Positions 61,966 to 64,000 of a DNA stretch of 64,000 bases are shown here, in pieces. The position numbers and the translations under genes are program-made. The stretch spans positions 224,001 through 288,000 of the forward strand of contig CAVQRT010000007.1 in assembly GCA_963715195.1 (NCBI GenBank). The letters run 5' to 3'. The DNA comes from Thermodesulfovibrionales bacterium. Lineage in GTDB: Bacteria > Nitrospirota > Thermodesulfovibrionia > Thermodesulfovibrionales > SM23-35. The notes under the pieces were generated by a model. It was not told the origin of the DNA and made no database searches. It saw nothing but the letters and a program-made list of their open reading frames with translations. Position 1 is the first letter of the stretch, and every line of letters starts with the position of its first letter.

Positions 61966-62451
61966 TTAATGTGCGCCTCCGTGAATCATCGGCTTGTACC
62001 TAAAAGCCCTGACCCGCTCGGATGTGTGACAGATTTCGCAATCTTCAATCCTCATTTTTCTTTTTATATACCGGGTGTCTCTCAAGCTGACATGCTTTTC
62101 ACCGGGGCCATGGCATACTTCACACCCGGCATTTTTCAGATGTGGTGTTTTTTCGACACTTATAAACCCGCCCGGCTTGCCGTAGCCAGTCGTGTGACAG
62201 GCATAACATCCTTGCATCTCTTCTTCGGTTAATCCCTTTTGCAACCTCTCGATGCTCCTGAAAGAGGTAGCCTTTTTTGCATATGCTATGAAATTCCGGT
62301 ATTCGTCCTCATGACAGGCCCTGCAGGCTTCAGAACCGACATATCGCGGGACATTTTTTGTCCCCTGTTCTGGTGAAGATGAAGAAGGGACCAAACAAGA
62401 GAGGATGATAAACAGGATACATTGTACCGCAATATTTGAAAGCCTCTTCAT
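61966..62451 (-). CDS. Tetraheme c-type cytochrome (c554 family); start may be 62472
   Basis: Signal peptide; YVGSEACRACH, CYACH, CEVCHGPG and CEICH. Confidence 0.88.
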   Translation of the reverse strand: MKRLSNIAVQCILFIILSCLVPSSSSPEQGTKNVPRYVGSEACRACHEDEYRNFIAYAKKATSFRSIERLQKGLTEEEMQGCYACHTTGYGKPGGFISVEKTPHLKNAGCEVCHGPGEKHVSLRDTRYIKRKMRIEDCEICHTSERVRAFRYKPMIHGGAH

Positions 62452-62503
62452 GACCTTATTTTCCTCCATCATATGAAATTTTGCAACTCAGGTATAATGA
62501 GAT

Positions 62504-63271
62504 ATGGCTTTCGTGGTTGCGTTTGCAGGAAAAGGCGGGACAGGGAAAACAACCCTCGCAGGTCTTACCATCCGCTACATTATCGAGAAAAAGAAGATGC
62601 CGGTACTTGCGGTGGACGCTGATCCAAATAACTGCCTTAATGAAGCATTGGGCGTTGATGTTCTTGCAACGATAGGAAATCTCCGTGAGGACTCCCTGAC
62701 ATTGATCAGAAGCGGTTCCGAAAGGCCCGGCGGAATGTCCATGGAACAGATATTCGATTACCAGGTCCAGCAATCACTCATTGAATCAAACGGCTTCGAC
62801 CTGATGGTTATGGGGAGGCCTGAAGGCCCCGGATGTTATTGCGCTGCCAACAACATTATCAGGAAATACACTGACAGGCTTTCGGCAAGCTATCCATATG
62901 TCGTGATAGACAACGAGGCCGGTATGGAACACATCAGCAGAAGGACAACGCATATGGTGGATATTCTTCTGATCGTCAGCGATCCTACCGTGAGGGGGAT
63001 GCATACTGCAAAGAGAATCAGGAAGCTTGTTGATGATCTGCATCTCGAAGTCGACAGATGTGCAGTCATCATCAACAGGGCCGCAGCGAATGAGATATCA
63101 GCACTGCAAAGACACTCTGAGGAAGACAGGCTTTCAATTGCGGGTATCGTACCGCATGACCCTTCGATTGCCTATTTCGATCTGATGGGGAAACCTGTCT
63201 TTCAGATTTCAGCCGGCTCTGAGTCACTCAAGGCTTTCTTTCACATACTGGATTCATTGAAAATCCCATGA
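62504..63271 (+). CDS. cooC: CooC/AcsF-type nickel-insertion ATPase
   Basis: GKGGTGKTT, DADPN, GPGCYC and DNEAGMEHISR motifs. Confidence 0.88.
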   Translation: MAFVVAFAGKGGTGKTTLAGLTIRYIIEKKKMPVLAVDADPNNCLNEALGVDVLATIGNLREDSLTLIRSGSERPGGMSMEQIFDYQVQQSLIESNGFDLMVMGRPEGPGCYCAANNIIRKYTDRLSASYPYVVIDNEAGMEHISRRTTHMVDILLIVSDPTVRGMHTAKRIRKLVDDLHLEVDRCAVIINRAAANEISALQRHSEEDRLSIAGIVPHDPSIAYFDLMGKPVFQISAGSESLKAFFHILDSLKIP

Positions 63272-63436
63272 GATTTACCGATATCCCGAATAGTTCTTAT
63301 AAAATTGTTTTTATCAAATTTCCCTTGATTTTTTTATACATCGGTTATAAAATTTCGGTCAATTTGGCATTGACAAAGCTTTCCTGTTGTATTATTTTTG
63401 ATATACGCAAGTATCCTGGAAGGAGGTGAGAATTTA

Positions 63437-63631
63437 ATGAAAAAGGTTATCGCTTTACTATTGGCATTAATGTTGTTGGTTGTTTTTTCAGTGGGTTGCA
63501 AACCGGCTGAGACACCAAAACCGGCAGAAGCTCCGGCACCGACAACGGAACAGGCTCCGGCTCCAGCTCCGGAACAGGCTCCGGCTCCGGCACCGGAACA
63601 GGCTCCAGCTCCTGAGAAGCCAGCACACTAA
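63437..63631 (+). CDS. Small Pro/Ala-rich lipoprotein with EQAPAPAP repeats
   Basis: GGAGG RBS; MKKVIALLLALMLLVVFSVGC lipobox; repeated GAACAGGCTCC(G/A)GCTCC units with 24-nt period. Confidence 0.8.
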   Translation: MKKVIALLLALMLLVVFSVGCKPAETPKPAEAPAPTTEQAPAPAPEQAPAPAPEQAPAPEKPAH

Positions 63632-63645
63632 GAAGATAGTGGAAT

Positions 63646-63685
63646 ATTCAGGGGACAGAACTTTTTTGTCCCCTGAATTTGCTTT
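63646..63685 (+). terminator. Intrinsic terminator after the lipoprotein gene
   Basis: TTCAGGGGACA-gaacttttt-TGTCCCCTGAA followed by TTTGCTTTTT. Confidence 0.7.
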
Positions 63686-63736
63686 TTCGGGCTGAAAACT
63701 GCTATAGTTTATCCAATTGCGGGTCGCGTTAATCTG

Positions 63737-63761
63737 AAGAGTGGGTTCCCCCACTCTTTTG
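63737..63761 (+). promoter_or_regulatory. rimP leader hairpin
   Basis: AAGAGTGGG-ttcc-CCCACTCTT + TTT upstream of rimP; resembles the hairpin commonly found in front of rimP-nusA operons. Confidence 0.55.
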
Positions 63762-63818
63762 TTTTGGAGGATGTTTACGTTTAGGCATACGCTTGGTTGA
63801 AAAGGCTGTTGTCCGGAA

Positions 63819-64000
63819 ATGAACACTATGAGGCAAAGAATTGTTAAGTTAGCAGAGCAGGCTGCTGAGGAGCAGGGTGTTGAACTCTTCGGCATTGATC
63901 TGCTGGGAAAGGGAAAATTATTGCTGAGAGTGTTTATTGATAAAGACGGCGGTGTCACCCTCGAAGAGTGCGAGAGGTTCAGTAAAGGCCTCGGTATCAT
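63819..64000 (+). CDS. rimP: Ribosome maturation factor RimP (runs off the window edge)
   Basis: Manual translation MNTMRQRIVKLAEQAAEEQGVELFGIDLLGKGKLLLRVFIDKDGGVTLEECERFS. Confidence 0.88.
   Translation, partial: MNTMRQRIVKLAEQAAEEQGVELFGIDLLGKGKLLLRVFIDKDGGVTLEECERFSKGLGI

Noticed and set aside
63540..63620. 24-nt periodic repeats as a possible CRISPR array
   Set aside because: Coding tandem repeat within a lipoprotein; no unique spacers and no cas genes.

Overview
Gene-dense chromosomal window (about 70 CDS, 2 tRNAs) from an anaerobic Gram-negative bacterium. Gene content and style suggest Nitrospirota/Thermodesulfovibrionia or Desulfobacterota, which is an inference. Most of it is housekeeping: tatBC, trxA, ffh, glgP, murA, mtnA, moaC, aroF, argB, nadK, tsaE, nnr, lepA, hemW, rimP. 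No prophage, CRISPR array or transposase was seen. Highlights: (1) an unannotated 31-codon membrane-peptide ORF at 51905 whose UGA is followed by a SECIS-like hairpin and 15 more open codons, a candidate small selenoprotein; (2) a ~17 kb aryl-acid uptake/activation island with three divergent PaaK-type CoA ligases, three ACT proteins, split IorA/IorB, a Liv-type ABC importer, a porin and DAHP synthase; (3) a tetraheme cytochrome plus heme-c sensor hybrid kinase with a cytoplasmic Cys/Trp domain, divergent from cooC; (4) an IHF-alpha/MerR-family in-frame fusion; (5) three families of short palindromic repeats, some lying in frame inside genes; (6) many apparently leaderless genes; (7) two single-base frameshifts that could be sequencing errors.
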